The translations under genes were made by a program, and so were the position numbers. The notes under the pieces were generated by a model that did no database searches, was not told the origin of the DNA, and worked only from the letters and a program-made list of their open reading frames with translations. A DNA stretch of 64,000 bases from Candidatus Limnocylindrales bacterium (lineage in GTDB: Bacteria; Chloroflexota; Limnocylindria; Limnocylindrales; CSP1-4): positions 1,052 through 65,051 of the forward strand of contig DASVYJ010000053.1 of assembly GCA_036392215.1 (NCBI GenBank), written 5' to 3'. Every line of letters begins with the position of its first letter. The stretch's first letter is position 1. Below are positions 9,490 to 18,926 of this stretch, piece by piece.

Positions 9490-10977
9490 CTACCAGATCG
9501 GCGTATCGGGGCCGACGGACTCGAGCCAGCGGATGACGTCCTGGACGAAGTAGGCGGTCTGGGCGCCGTCGGTCGCCCGATGGTCGAAGCCGACGCAGAT
9601 GTTCATCAGGGACCGGACGGCGATGACCTCGCCGTCGGGCGTGTCGAGGACGACGGGTCGCTTCCTGACGGCCTCCATCGTCAGGATGCAGATCTGCGGC
9701 GCGTTGATGATCGGGCTGCTCGTCAGCGAGCCGAACCAGCCGGTGTTGTCGACGGTGAACGTGCCGCCCTGGAGGTCGTCGAGGCGGAGCCGGTTCGCCC
9801 GCGCCCGGGCAGCCAGGTCGGCCACGGCCCGGTTGAGGCCGTTGATCGAGAGCTGGTCGGCGTCGTGGACGACCGGCACGATGAGGCCGTTGTCGACGGC
9901 CACCGCCACCCCGAGGTTGATGCGCCGCTTGCGGATGAGGCCCTGCTCGCTGTAGTGGGCGTTGATGTCGGGATGCTTCTTGAGCGCCTCGACGACGGCC
10001 TTCATGACGAACGGGACGTAGCTCAGGCCGATCCCCTCGCGGCCCTGGTAGGCAGCCTTGTTCGCCTCCCGGAAGCGGACGGCCGACGTCATGTCGCACT
10101 CGAAGGTCGTGTAGGCGACCGGCACGGCGCCCGCCCGGGTCATCTGGGCCGCGATGCCGCGGCGCATCTGGTCGAACGGGACGAGCTCCTCGTCCTGGCC
10201 CGGGGCCCAGGACGGCGCCGGAGCGGCGGGAGCGGCGGCGGGGGTCGGAGCGGCCGAAGTCGGCGCCGTTGCCGGCGCGGCTGACGGCGCCGCCGGCGGT
10301 GCGCCGGGGGCGGCCGTGGCGGCAGGACCCTGGCCGGTCCGCTGCGCCTCGACGAAGGCCAGGACGTCGTCGCGCGTGATCCGGCCCGCGTGGCCGGTCC
10401 CCACGATCTGCTCCGGGGAGAGGCCGTGCTCGCGGAGGAGCCGCCGGACGGCGGGCGTCATCCGGGCGTTCGCGTCGCCGGCCGCCCCGTCGCCGTTGGC
10501 GGACGGGGACGCCGTCGCAGTTGGCGGCGGCGCGACGGCAGCGGCGCGCTCGGGCATCTCGTGCGGCGCCCGCTCATCCGACCCGGCCGGCCCCGTGGCG
10601 GGCCCACCGGCGGCAGCGGCGCCGGGCAACGCCTGGACTCCGGCGGCCGCGGGTTCCGGCTCGGCCTGCGGCGTCGGGGGCTCGCCGGCGATGCCGCCCG
10701 CGCCGGGCGAGACCGTGGGCGCGGCGGCCTCGGATCCGTCCTCGGCCGTCTCGATGACCGCGATCTCCGCGTTGTTCGGGACGGTCTGGCCCTCCTCGAC
10801 CAGGATCTCGCGGAGGACGCCCTCGACGGGCGAGGGCACCTCGGCGTTGACCTTGTCGGTGATGACCTCGAGCAGCGGCTCGTACTTCGCGACGTGGTCG
10901 CCCGGCTTCTTGAGCCACTTGCCGATGGTGCCCTCGGCCACGCTCTCGCCGAGCTGGGGCATCGTCACCTTGGCCAC
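9490..10977 (-). CDS. Dihydrolipoamide acyltransferase E2 of a 2-oxoacid dehydrogenase complex
   Basis: Lipoyl domain (TMPQLGESVAEGTIGKW...ITDKV), Ala/Pro linkers, a PSBD, and the catalytic domain with DHRxxDG. The proposed start is the GTG at 10977, with GGAGGAGG 8 nt upstream. The track ORF extends further upstream. Confidence 0.85.
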   Translation of the reverse strand: MAKVTMPQLGESVAEGTIGKWLKKPGDHVAKYEPLLEVITDKVNAEVPSPVEGVLREILVEEGQTVPNNAEIAVIETAEDGSEAAAPTVSPGAGGIAGEPPTPQAEPEPAAAGVQALPGAAAAGGPATGPAGSDERAPHEMPERAAAVAPPPTATASPSANGDGAAGDANARMTPAVRRLLREHGLSPEQIVGTGHAGRITRDDVLAFVEAQRTGQGPAATAAPGAPPAAPSAAPATAPTSAAPTPAAAPAAPAPSWAPGQDEELVPFDQMRRGIAAQMTRAGAVPVAYTTFECDMTSAVRFREANKAAYQGREGIGLSYVPFVMKAVVEALKKHPDINAHYSEQGLIRKRRINLGVAVAVDNGLIVPVVHDADQLSINGLNRAVADLAARARANRLRLDDLQGGTFTVDNTGWFGSLTSSPIINAPQICILTMEAVRKRPVVLDTPDGEVIAVRSLMNICVGFDHRATDGAQTAYFVQDVIRWLESVGPDTPIW

Positions 10978-11207
10978 GGATCGCTCCTCCTCCGAGGGAC
11001 CGGCACGGGCGACCGTGCGGGGGAGTTCTGACCGGCGCCGCGGCTGCCCGCGGCTGCGTGCTGGAGGGTATCTTCGCCCATCCCGGCCGTGCACGCGACG
11101 GCTGCGATCCTCGCCGCCTCGGCGACGTGGGCCAGGCCGTCACACCCGCGCACTGCTCGCGCGTCCCGAGGCTCGATCAGTCGTCCCGCCCGATCGGGAG
11201 GCCCACC

Positions 11208-12185
11208 ATGCGGCTCCACGGCCACACGGCGCGGTCGACGACGCTGCCACGACCGGTGGCTCCCTCGCCGGGCATCGCCACCGCGCTCCTGGTCGTCCTC
11301 GTCCTGGCGGCCTGCACGACGGCCCCGCCCGTCGGCGTCCTTCCGCCGGCCGCGCCGAGCGGCGTCCGCCCGGCGGGCTGCCTGCGACTGTCGGCTCCCC
11401 TCGCCTTCGGCGCCAGCTGGGCCCCCGACGGCGCGACGATCGCCAGTCCGCTCGGGGGTGAGGACCCGGCCGGGCCGTCGGGCGTGGTTCGCCTCATCGA
11501 GGTCGCGACCGGCCGCGAGCGGATCGTCGAGGCAGCCGTGACGAACCAGCCCTTCGCGGTCGGCCGGGACGACGTCATCTACTACGCCCACCGGAACGGG
11601 GCCGGCCGCGCGATCTGGCGTGCCGCCCCGGGAGCGCCGGGCCGGCCCTGGCTCGCGGATCCCCTGGCGATCTCGCTGGCCTGGACCGAGGAGGGCCTCG
11701 TGCGTGAGCGTCCGCTCGGTGACGACTACGTGGTCGAGCGCGTCTCCCCGAACCACGTCGCCGTCCCGCTGCTCACCTCGCGGTACGAGGTCCGACTCTG
11801 GTCGGCCCCGGGCTGGCTGGTCATGGTCGCCCCGACCGGCAAGACAGCGACGGTCCTCGAGGTCCGGCACGGCTCCGAGACGTTCCGCCGCGAGGTGCCA
11901 TCGGCGGCGGCGAACACGCTCCAGGGGATGACTCCCGAGCGCGACGCCATCGTCTTCTTCGACTTCGGGAGCCAGGTCGGCGGGCATCTCGCCGCGACGG
12001 AGGTCCCGCTCGACGGGAGCCCGCTCCGGAACGTCGTGGTGTCGCTGCCTGACAGCGGCGGGCCCGCGACCGGGCTCTCCCCCGCCGGTGCATTCCTCAC
12101 CTCGGGCGGACCACTGGGCTGGGAGGTCGTGTGCCTGGTGCGGCCCGCCTGGAGCGGCGCCACGACCGCGCCCCCGTCGCCCTAG
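11208..12185 (+). CDS. Hypothetical secreted lipoprotein encoded antisense within the 2-oxoacid dehydrogenase operon
   Basis: A GGGAGG RBS lies 8 nt before the ATG. Signal peptide plus lipobox VLVLAACTT, with protein-like composition and possible beta-propeller-like repeats. Competing minus-strand ORFs in this gap are all Arg-rich junk. The stop TAG shares a CTAG with the convergent E1-beta stop. Confidence 0.5.
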   Translation: MRLHGHTARSTTLPRPVAPSPGIATALLVVLVLAACTTAPPVGVLPPAAPSGVRPAGCLRLSAPLAFGASWAPDGATIASPLGGEDPAGPSGVVRLIEVATGRERIVEAAVTNQPFAVGRDDVIYYAHRNGAGRAIWRAAPGAPGRPWLADPLAISLAWTEEGLVRERPLGDDYVVERVSPNHVAVPLLTSRYEVRLWSAPGWLVMVAPTGKTATVLEVRHGSETFRREVPSAAANTLQGMTPERDAIVFFDFGSQVGGHLAATEVPLDGSPLRNVVVSLPDSGGPATGLSPAGAFLTSGGPLGWEVVCLVRPAWSGATTAPPSP

Positions 12186-13165
12186 TAGGCAGCCAGATCC
12201 CGGATCGCGCCGGCGATGCGCTCCGGGTCGAGCATGAACCAGTCCTCGAGGACGTGGTTGTAGGGCACGGCCGGCACGTCCGGGGCGGCGACCCGCATGA
12301 CCGGCCCGTCGAGGTAGTCGAAGGCCTCCTCCGCGACCATCGCCGCGATCTCGGCTCCGTAGCCGCCGAACTTGTTGGCCTCGTAGACGACGAGGCACTT
12401 GCCCGTCTTGCGCACCGAGTCGAGGATCGTCGTCCGATCGAGCGGGCGGAGCGTCCGGACGTCGATGACCTCGACGCTGATGTCCTCGTCCTCGACGCGG
12501 TCGGCCGCCTCGAGGGCGTAGTGGGCCATCAGGCCGTAGGCCACGACCGTGACCTGCGCGCCGATCCGCGTCACCGCCGCCTTGCCCAGCGGCACGCTGT
12601 ACTCGCCGTCCGGCACGTCGCCCCGGACGCTGCGGTACATCTTCTTGTGCTCGAAGAAGAGGACCGGGTCGTAGTCGCGGATCGCGCTGCGGAGGAGCCC
12701 CTTGGCGTCGTACGGGGTGGACGGGATGACGACCTTGAGCCCCGGGACGTGGGTGAAGAACGCCTCGACCGACTGGCTGTGGTACAGCGCGCCGTGGACG
12801 CCGCCGCCGTACGGTGCGCGGACGGTGATCGGGCAGCCGAACGCGCCGTTGGACCGGTAGCGCATCCGGGCCGCCTCGGAGACGAGCTGGTTGAAGGCCG
12901 GGAAGATGAAGTCGGCGAACTGGATCTCGGCGATCGGCCGCAGTCCGTTGGCCGAGGCGCCGATGCTGACCCCGACGATCATCGATTCGGTCAGTGGCGT
13001 GTCGATGACCCGCTCCTCGCCGAACTCGTCGTAGAGCCCGTCGGTCGCCAGGAAGACGCCGCCCTTCACCCCGACGTCCTCGCCCAGGACGATGGTCGAG
13101 GGGTCGCGCCGCATCTCGTCGCGCAGGCCCTCGCGGATGGCCTCGATGAGCGTCCGTGTCGCCAT
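12182..13165 (-). CDS. 2-oxoacid dehydrogenase E1 component beta subunit
   Basis: Transketolase-like pyrimidine-binding and C-terminal domains (EFGEERVIDTPLTE...). Its start overlaps the E1-alpha stop. Confidence 0.9.
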   Translation of the reverse strand: MATRTLIEAIREGLRDEMRRDPSTIVLGEDVGVKGGVFLATDGLYDEFGEERVIDTPLTESMIVGVSIGASANGLRPIAEIQFADFIFPAFNQLVSEAARMRYRSNGAFGCPITVRAPYGGGVHGALYHSQSVEAFFTHVPGLKVVIPSTPYDAKGLLRSAIRDYDPVLFFEHKKMYRSVRGDVPDGEYSVPLGKAAVTRIGAQVTVVAYGLMAHYALEAADRVEDEDISVEVIDVRTLRPLDRTTILDSVRKTGKCLVVYEANKFGGYGAEIAAMVAEEAFDYLDGPVMRVAAPDVPAVPYNHVLEDWFMLDPERIAGAIRDLAAY

Positions 13166-14226
13166 CAGGCGGGGTCCTCCGCGTAGACGTGCCGCGTCGC
13201 CGAGTCGACCGTCGGGTCGGGCTGCTGCTCCGCCCAGTCGGTCGCGTCGTTGACCTCGGCGGCGATCTCGGCCGCGATCCGCTCGACGAGCTCAGAGCTC
13301 AGCACACCCGCCTCCAGGAGCTGCTCCCGGAAGCACGGCAGCGGGTCGCGCAGCCGCTCCCGCTCCAGCTCCTCCGGGGTCCGGTACTTGGTCTGCTGAT
13401 CGTCCGACGAGTGGGCCGTCAGGCGGGTCACCTTGGCCTCGATGATGGTCGGCCCCTCGCCCCGCCGGGCCCGCTCGACCGCCTCGTGGCCGGCCCGCCA
13501 GCAGCCCACGACGTCGGCCCCGTCGACGACCAGCCCGGGCATCCCGTAGCCGGCGGCGCGGTCGGCCAGGTCGACGATCGGGGCCTGCTTGGCCGCCGGC
13601 ACGCTGATGGCGTAGCCGTTGTTCTCGATGACGGTGATCACGGGGAGCTTGTGCAGGCCCGCGAAGTTCATGCCCTCGTGGAAGTCGCCCTGGTTCGAGG
13701 CGCCCTCGCCGAGCGCGGTGACGACGACCTGCCCCGTCCGCCGGATCTTGGCGGCGAGGGCGAGGCCGACGGCGTGGAGGATCTGCGTCCCGACGGGGGA
13801 CGAGGTCGAGAGGATGTTGTGAGCGGAGCCGCCGTAGTGGCCGGGCATCTGGCGGCCGCCCGAGCTGGGGTCGGGCGCCTTCGCGTACTGGGCGAGCATG
13901 ATCTCGCGGGCCGACATCCCGAAGGTGAGCACCCCGGCCACGGAGCGGTAGAACGGGACCAGCCAGTCGAGGCCCGGGCGGAGGTTCGAGACGATGCCGA
14001 CCTGGGCGCCCTCATGGCCCTGGCCGCTGATGACGAACGGGACCCGCCCCGCGCGGTTGAGGACCCACATCCGCTCGTCGATCGCCCGGGCCAGGGCGAC
14101 CCGGCGGTACATCAGGCGCAGGTCGTCGTCGGTCAGGCCGAGCGACTCGGCCAGCCGGCTCCGGTCGCCGCCGGGCTGCCCGGCCGATCCGACGGGCCCG
14201 TCGGTCTCGCTCGCGGTGGTCGTCAT
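13165..14226 (-). CDS. 2-oxoacid dehydrogenase E1 component alpha subunit (TPP-dependent)
   Basis: TPP-binding region GEGASNQGDFHEGMNFA. Confidence 0.9.
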   Translation of the reverse strand: MTTTASETDGPVGSAGQPGGDRSRLAESLGLTDDDLRLMYRRVALARAIDERMWVLNRAGRVPFVISGQGHEGAQVGIVSNLRPGLDWLVPFYRSVAGVLTFGMSAREIMLAQYAKAPDPSSGGRQMPGHYGGSAHNILSTSSPVGTQILHAVGLALAAKIRRTGQVVVTALGEGASNQGDFHEGMNFAGLHKLPVITVIENNGYAISVPAAKQAPIVDLADRAAGYGMPGLVVDGADVVGCWRAGHEAVERARRGEGPTIIEAKVTRLTAHSSDDQQTKYRTPEELERERLRDPLPCFREQLLEAGVLSSELVERIAAEIAAEVNDATDWAEQQPDPTVDSATRHVYAEDPA

Positions 14227-14287
14227 GGCTCGGGACGTCTCCTGTCCGGGTCCGCCCCGCCGGGACGGAGGCCCTTCTCGATGACCC

Positions 14288-15727
14288 TCAGAAGTTGATC
14301 GCCCGCCCGTCGACCAGCATGGCCGCTTCGCCGACGGCCTCGGAGAGCGTCGGGTGGGGGTGGGTCGCGGCCGCGATCTCCCAGGCCGTCGCGCCCAGGG
14401 TCATCGCCAGGGCCGCCTCGGCGATGAGGTCGGTCACGTGCGGCCCGATGAGGTGGACGCCGAGGACGTCGTCGCGGTCGGCGTCGGCCACGATCTTGAC
14501 GAAGCCCTCGTGCTCCCCGCCGATGACCGCCTTGGCGTCGGCCTGGAAGGGGAAGCTCGCCTTCTTGATGCGCCGGCCGGCCGCCTCGGCCTGCTGTTCC
14601 GTAAGGCCGACCGAGGCGACCTGGGGCCGCGAGAAGGTCGCCCGCGGCTGATGGTCGTAGTCCATCTCCTCGATCGGCTCGCCCGCGATCGCGTGCGCGG
14701 CGATGATGCCCTCGTGGGTCGCCGTGTGGGCGAGCATCAGCCCGCCGACGACGTCGCCCACGGCGTAGACGTGGCTCTCGCGGGTCCGCATCCGACCGTC
14801 GACCTTGATGAAGCCGCGCTCCAGCTCGACCCGCGTCCGCTCCAGGCCGATGCCCTCGACGTTCGGGGCTCGACCCGTGGCCACGAGCAGCTGCTCCACC
14901 CGTAGCTCCTCGCGCGGGCCGCCCTCGGGGCCGACCTCCAGGCAGACGCCGTCCCCCGTCACCTCCACCGCCTTCGGGTCGAAGCGGGCGTTGGTCATGA
15001 CGCGGAGGCCGCGGCGGTTGAAGGCGCGCTCGAGCTCGCGCGAGACGTCGGCGTCCTCGAGCGGCACGATGGCCGGCAGGTACTCGAGCAGGGTGACCTG
15101 GCTGCCGAGGTCGTGGAACATCGAGGCGAACTCGACCCCGACCGCACCAGCGCCCACCACGGCGATGCTCGCGGGCCGGGTGTCCGACCGCAGGATGTCG
15201 TCGCTGGTGACGATGCGCTGCCCGTCCGGCTCGAGGCCCGGCAGGCTCTTGACCCTGCTGCCCGTGGCGATGACCAGGTCGGTCGCCTCGAGGAGGCGCT
15301 CGCCGCCACCGCCGGGGGCGGCGTCCTCGCCGGCCAGGCTGACCCGGACCTTGGTCGGGGCCTCCAACCGGCCGGTCCCCTGGATCCACTCGACCTTGTT
15401 CTTGCCGACGAGCGTCTTGAGGCCCGTCCACATCCGTTTCACGACCTGGTCCCGGCGGCGCGCCATCTGGGCGTAGTCGACGCCGACCTCGCCCGGCAGC
15501 CGGAGCCCGAATTCCTTCGCCTTGCCGAGGCGGGCGAACAGCTCCGCCGACTCGATCAGCGCCTTCGTGGGGATGCAGCCACGATGGAGGCAGGTCCCGC
15601 CGATCTTGTCCTGCTCGATGAGGGCGACCTTGAGGCCGAGCTGCGCGCCGCGGAAGGCGGCCGCGTAGCCGCCATTGCCGGCGCCGAGGACGACGAGATC
15701 GAAGGAGTTGCTGGAGCCGACGGCCAT
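14288..15727 (-). CDS. lpd: Dihydrolipoyl dehydrogenase (E3)
   Basis: FAD-binding site GAGNGGY, redox-active disulfide GGTCLHRGCIPTK, and NAD-binding VVGAGAVGVE. Confidence 0.9.
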   Translation of the reverse strand: MAVGSSNSFDLVVLGAGNGGYAAAFRGAQLGLKVALIEQDKIGGTCLHRGCIPTKALIESAELFARLGKAKEFGLRLPGEVGVDYAQMARRRDQVVKRMWTGLKTLVGKNKVEWIQGTGRLEAPTKVRVSLAGEDAAPGGGGERLLEATDLVIATGSRVKSLPGLEPDGQRIVTSDDILRSDTRPASIAVVGAGAVGVEFASMFHDLGSQVTLLEYLPAIVPLEDADVSRELERAFNRRGLRVMTNARFDPKAVEVTGDGVCLEVGPEGGPREELRVEQLLVATGRAPNVEGIGLERTRVELERGFIKVDGRMRTRESHVYAVGDVVGGLMLAHTATHEGIIAAHAIAGEPIEEMDYDHQPRATFSRPQVASVGLTEQQAEAAGRRIKKASFPFQADAKAVIGGEHEGFVKIVADADRDDVLGVHLIGPHVTDLIAEAALAMTLGATAWEIAAATHPHPTLSEAVGEAAMLVDGRAINF

Positions 15728-16051
15728 GGGTCAGGCAGCCTCGCAGGTACGGCGACGGGGTCCCGCGGGACACGGCCGGGGAGGACGGACGGCGGGGCGG
15801 CCGCCGACGCTCGGCGAGGAGGGACGGGGACAGGGCGCGGACTCGGCGGGACGCCGGGGACCGAGGGGGCCGCTCACGCGGCCGATGGTACGGCTCCCCT
15901 GCGGGCCCCGCAACACGAGGGCGCTCGCAGCGGGACGCCGCTGGCTCGCAGCGGCCTGCCAGAGCGCCGCAGGCAAACGACGCCGGACACGCGACGACCG
16001 GGCGGCTGCCCGGTCGTCGAGATCTCGTGGTGGCGGCTGGGCCGCCCGCGG

Positions 16052-16375
16052 TCAGCTGCCGCGGACCATCCGGAAGCAGTCGCTGCAGTAGACGGGCTTG
16101 CCGTTCGTCGGCCGGAAGGGGACCTCGGTCTCCTTGCCACAGCGGCTGCAGGTGGCCGAGAACATCTGGCGGGGACCGCGGTCGTAGCTCGAGGAGCCGT
16201 AGCCGCCGCCGTGGCTCATGCCGCCTTCGGGCCGCGAGGCCTTCCGTGCGGCGCGACAGCTGGAGCAGCGCTTGGGCTCGCTGAATCCTCGCTGGCCGTA
16301 GAAATCCTGCTCGCTCGCGGTGAAGACGAACTGCTGGCCGCAGTCCGCGCAGACCAGGATCTTGTCCGTGTACAC
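16052..16375 (-). CDS. Zinc-ribbon domain protein with two CxxC pairs
   Basis: ILVCADCG...CSSCRAA and CSRCGKE...YCSDCF suggest a four-Cys zinc ribbon (zf-trcl-like). It has a GTG start (VYTDK). Confidence 0.6.
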   Translation of the reverse strand: MYTDKILVCADCGQQFVFTASEQDFYGQRGFSEPKRCSSCRAARKASRPEGGMSHGGGYGSSSYDRGPRQMFSATCSRCGKETEVPFRPTNGKPVYCSDCFRMVRGS

Positions 16376-16658
16376 GAGAACCCCAGACTCCTCTCAGTAG
16401 CCGCTCGTACCGTCCTGTTCTCGCGGGGGCCGTGAGAGGGCGAGGTCGTTCGTGCTACCAGTCCGGCCGCGGCGTTCCGCACCGCGGCATCGCGCGGCGG
16501 ATTGTACGCCGCACATATGGCCCTGCATAGGGACTTTTCGGTCGCTTTTCGACTGCCGACGAACGGGCGCGACGCGTGCCGCCGGCCGCGGGACCGCTCT
16601 CGGCGGTCGTGGGTGTCACGCGCCGACGGGCTGACCCCGACGGCGACGCGGCGGTGCT

Positions 16659-16712
16659 CCGGCAGGACTCCGGCAGGACTCCGGCAGGACGCCGTCAGGA
16701 CGCCGGCAGGAG
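16659..16712. repeat. Five tandem copies of an 11-bp unit (tccggcaggac, with variants) spanning the ptsI stop codon and 3' UTR
   Basis: The sequence reads directly as ctccggcaggac tccggcaggac tccggcaggac gccgtcaggac gccggcaggag. Confidence 0.7.
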
Positions 16713-18446
16713 CTCGGTCGCGAGCCGTCGGACGGTCTCCGCGTCGACGGCGGCAAGGGCAGCCCGGGCGAGCTCGTCGAGGCGGGCGCGGGTGATGCCG
16801 GCGAGCGCGGTCCGGACGGCGTCGAGGGCCCCCGCGTCGGCGGACAGCTCGTCGACCCCGAGCCCGACCAGCACGAGCGCGCCCGCGGGATCACCGGCCA
16901 GCTCGCCGCAGACCGCGACCGGGATGCCGGCCGCATCGGCCCCGGCGACGATCCCGGCGATCGTCCGCAGGACCGCCGGGTGGAGCGCGTCCTGCAGCGG
17001 AGCAAGCGCGGGGTTGCCGCGGTCCGCCGCCAGCACGTACTGGGTCAGGTCGTTGGTCCCGATGCTGAAGAAGTCGATGCGGCGGGCCAGCTCGGGGGCG
17101 AGGACGGCCGCCGACGGCACCTCGACCATGATCCCGGTCACCATCCGCTCGGCGACCGGCGCCCCTTCGGCGAGCAGCCCCGAGCGGGCCTCGTCGCGCA
17201 GCGAGCAGAGGAGCTCGACGTCGGCCATCGTCGCGACCATCGGGGCCATGACGTGGGGCACGACTCCGGCCGCCGCGCCGGCCCGCCAGATCGCCCGCAG
17301 CTGGGTCACCAGCAGTTCCGGCGAGGCGTAGGCGAGGCGGATGGCGCGAACGCCGAGGAACGGGTTCGCCTCGGGGGCCAGGCGCAGGTACGGGATGTCC
17401 TTGTCGCCGCCGATGTCGGCGAGGCGGATGACCACGGGCCGGTCGGGCCCGAAGGCCTCCAGCGCCTGGCGGTAGGCCTCCGCCTGCTCGCGCTCGGTCG
17501 CCGGCGTCTGGCGTTGCATGAAGAGGAACTCGGTCCGGAAGAGGCCGACGCCCTCGGCCCGCGCTTCCAGAGCCCGGGGAGCGTCCTCGGGTCGGCCGAT
17601 GTTGGCCACGAGCAGGACGCGCTCCCCGTCGGCGGTGGCGCAGGGCCGGTCGCGCAGGGACGCTGCTCGGGCGCGGCGCTCGTCGAGGGCCGCGCCGCGC
17701 GCCCGGAAGTCGTCGGCCTCGGCCGGGTCCGGGTCGAGCACGACCTCCCCCCGCTCGCCATCGACGGCGGCGCGCAGCGGCGTCTCCGGGGCGGCCTCCT
17801 GGGCCGCCTCGACGGCCGCGAGCAGGCCCTCCGCGCCGACGACGCAGGGGATGTCGAGGCTCCTGGCCAGGATCACCGCGTGCGCGGTGCGCGAGCCGCG
17901 GGCGAGGGCGATGCCGAGCAGGAAGCCGGGCGGGATCTCGGCCGTCACCGAGGGCGGCAGGTCGTCCGCCAGGGCGATCGATGGCCCTTCCGGCAACGAC
18001 AGCGACGCGCCGGTCAGGATCCGGACGAGGCGCGCGCCGACGTCGCGAACGTCGGCGGCGCGCGCAGCGAGCAGCTCGTCGTCGAGGCCGGCCAGGATCT
18101 CGGCGGCGGCTGCGGCGGCGTTCGCGACCGCGACGGAGGCAGCCTCCCCGCCCTCCGCGCGACGGACGGCTTCGTCGACCAGCATCGCGTCCGTCGCCAT
18201 CAGGGCCTGGGCCTCGAAGATGCCGGCGTCCTCCGCCCGGCCGGCGTCCCGAACGCGGCTCGCCAGTGTCTCGAGCTGGCCGGCCGCGGCCTCCGCTGCC
18301 GCGCGGATGGCCGCCGCGGGACCAGCAGCGGCGGCGGCTTCGGCATCGGCGCCGGCCACGATCCCGGGCGCCGTGGGCTCGTACACCCAGACCGGGGCGA
18401 TCGCGATCCCGGGGGCGCCGGGCGTGCCGTGGAGGACCGTGCTCAT
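16695..18446 (-). CDS. ptsI: Phosphoenolpyruvate-protein phosphotransferase (PTS Enzyme I)
   Basis: EI N-terminal domain (phospho-His carrier region) and PEP-utilizing domain, including GGRTSHAAI-like GSRTAHAVILARSL and the C-terminal TIM barrel. Confidence 0.9.
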   Translation of the reverse strand: MSTVLHGTPGAPGIAIAPVWVYEPTAPGIVAGADAEAAAAAGPAAAIRAAAEAAAGQLETLASRVRDAGRAEDAGIFEAQALMATDAMLVDEAVRRAEGGEAASVAVANAAAAAAEILAGLDDELLAARAADVRDVGARLVRILTGASLSLPEGPSIALADDLPPSVTAEIPPGFLLGIALARGSRTAHAVILARSLDIPCVVGAEGLLAAVEAAQEAAPETPLRAAVDGERGEVVLDPDPAEADDFRARGAALDERRARAASLRDRPCATADGERVLLVANIGRPEDAPRALEARAEGVGLFRTEFLFMQRQTPATEREQAEAYRQALEAFGPDRPVVIRLADIGGDKDIPYLRLAPEANPFLGVRAIRLAYASPELLVTQLRAIWRAGAAAGVVPHVMAPMVATMADVELLCSLRDEARSGLLAEGAPVAERMVTGIMVEVPSAAVLAPELARRIDFFSIGTNDLTQYVLAADRGNPALAPLQDALHPAVLRTIAGIVAGADAAGIPVAVCGELAGDPAGALVLVGLGVDELSADAGALDAVRTALAGITRARLDELARAALAAVDAETVRRLATELLPAS

Positions 18447-18472
18447 CGAACCGCTCCGGCTTCCGGGTGCGG

Positions 18473-18757
18473 TCAGGGCTCGACGGCCTCGCCGAGGCCG
18501 CTCTCGATGAGGGCCCGCAGCGACTCGACGGCCTCGGCCTCGTCCTCGCCGTCGGCCGTGACGCGGACGGTGTGCCCGCGCTGCACGCCGCAGGCCAGGA
18601 CGGCGAGCAGGCTCTTGGCGTCGCCCTCGGGTCGGCCGGACGAGACGTTCTGCAGTCGGACCTTCGACCGGAAGCCCGCCGCGGCCTTGACGAACGTCGC
18701 CGCGGGCCGCGCGTGGAGCCCCGACGGGTTGCGGATCTCGACGTCGACGCTGGTCAC
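18473..18757 (-). CDS. ptsH: Phosphocarrier protein HPr
   Basis: Active-site His15 context NPSGLHARPAA. GTG start with a GGGAGG RBS. 27 bp upstream of ptsI. Confidence 0.85.
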   Translation of the reverse strand: MTSVDVEIRNPSGLHARPAATFVKAAAGFRSKVRLQNVSSGRPEGDAKSLLAVLACGVQRGHTVRVTADGEDEAEAVESLRALIESGLGEAVEP

Positions 18758-18926
18758 CCCGCGCCTCCCTGCCCCAGGTCGGTCGCGGACGTCGCGCGGA
18801 CCCCTCGCTCGACCCTGGTCGGCACAGCGTAGGCGAAGGCGGTGGGGTGCGTCAGATCGCTGGAACGACGACGCTCCAGCACGACGAGTCGGTCCACCGC
18901 CGTGGGGCAGCGCGCGGCCGCGTCGG

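Noticed and set aside
10965-12398. 477-aa minus-strand ORF in the E1beta-E2 gap
   Set aside because: Arg-rich junk. The plus-strand lipoprotein ORF, with RBS, signal peptide and lipobox, is the credible gene in this interval.
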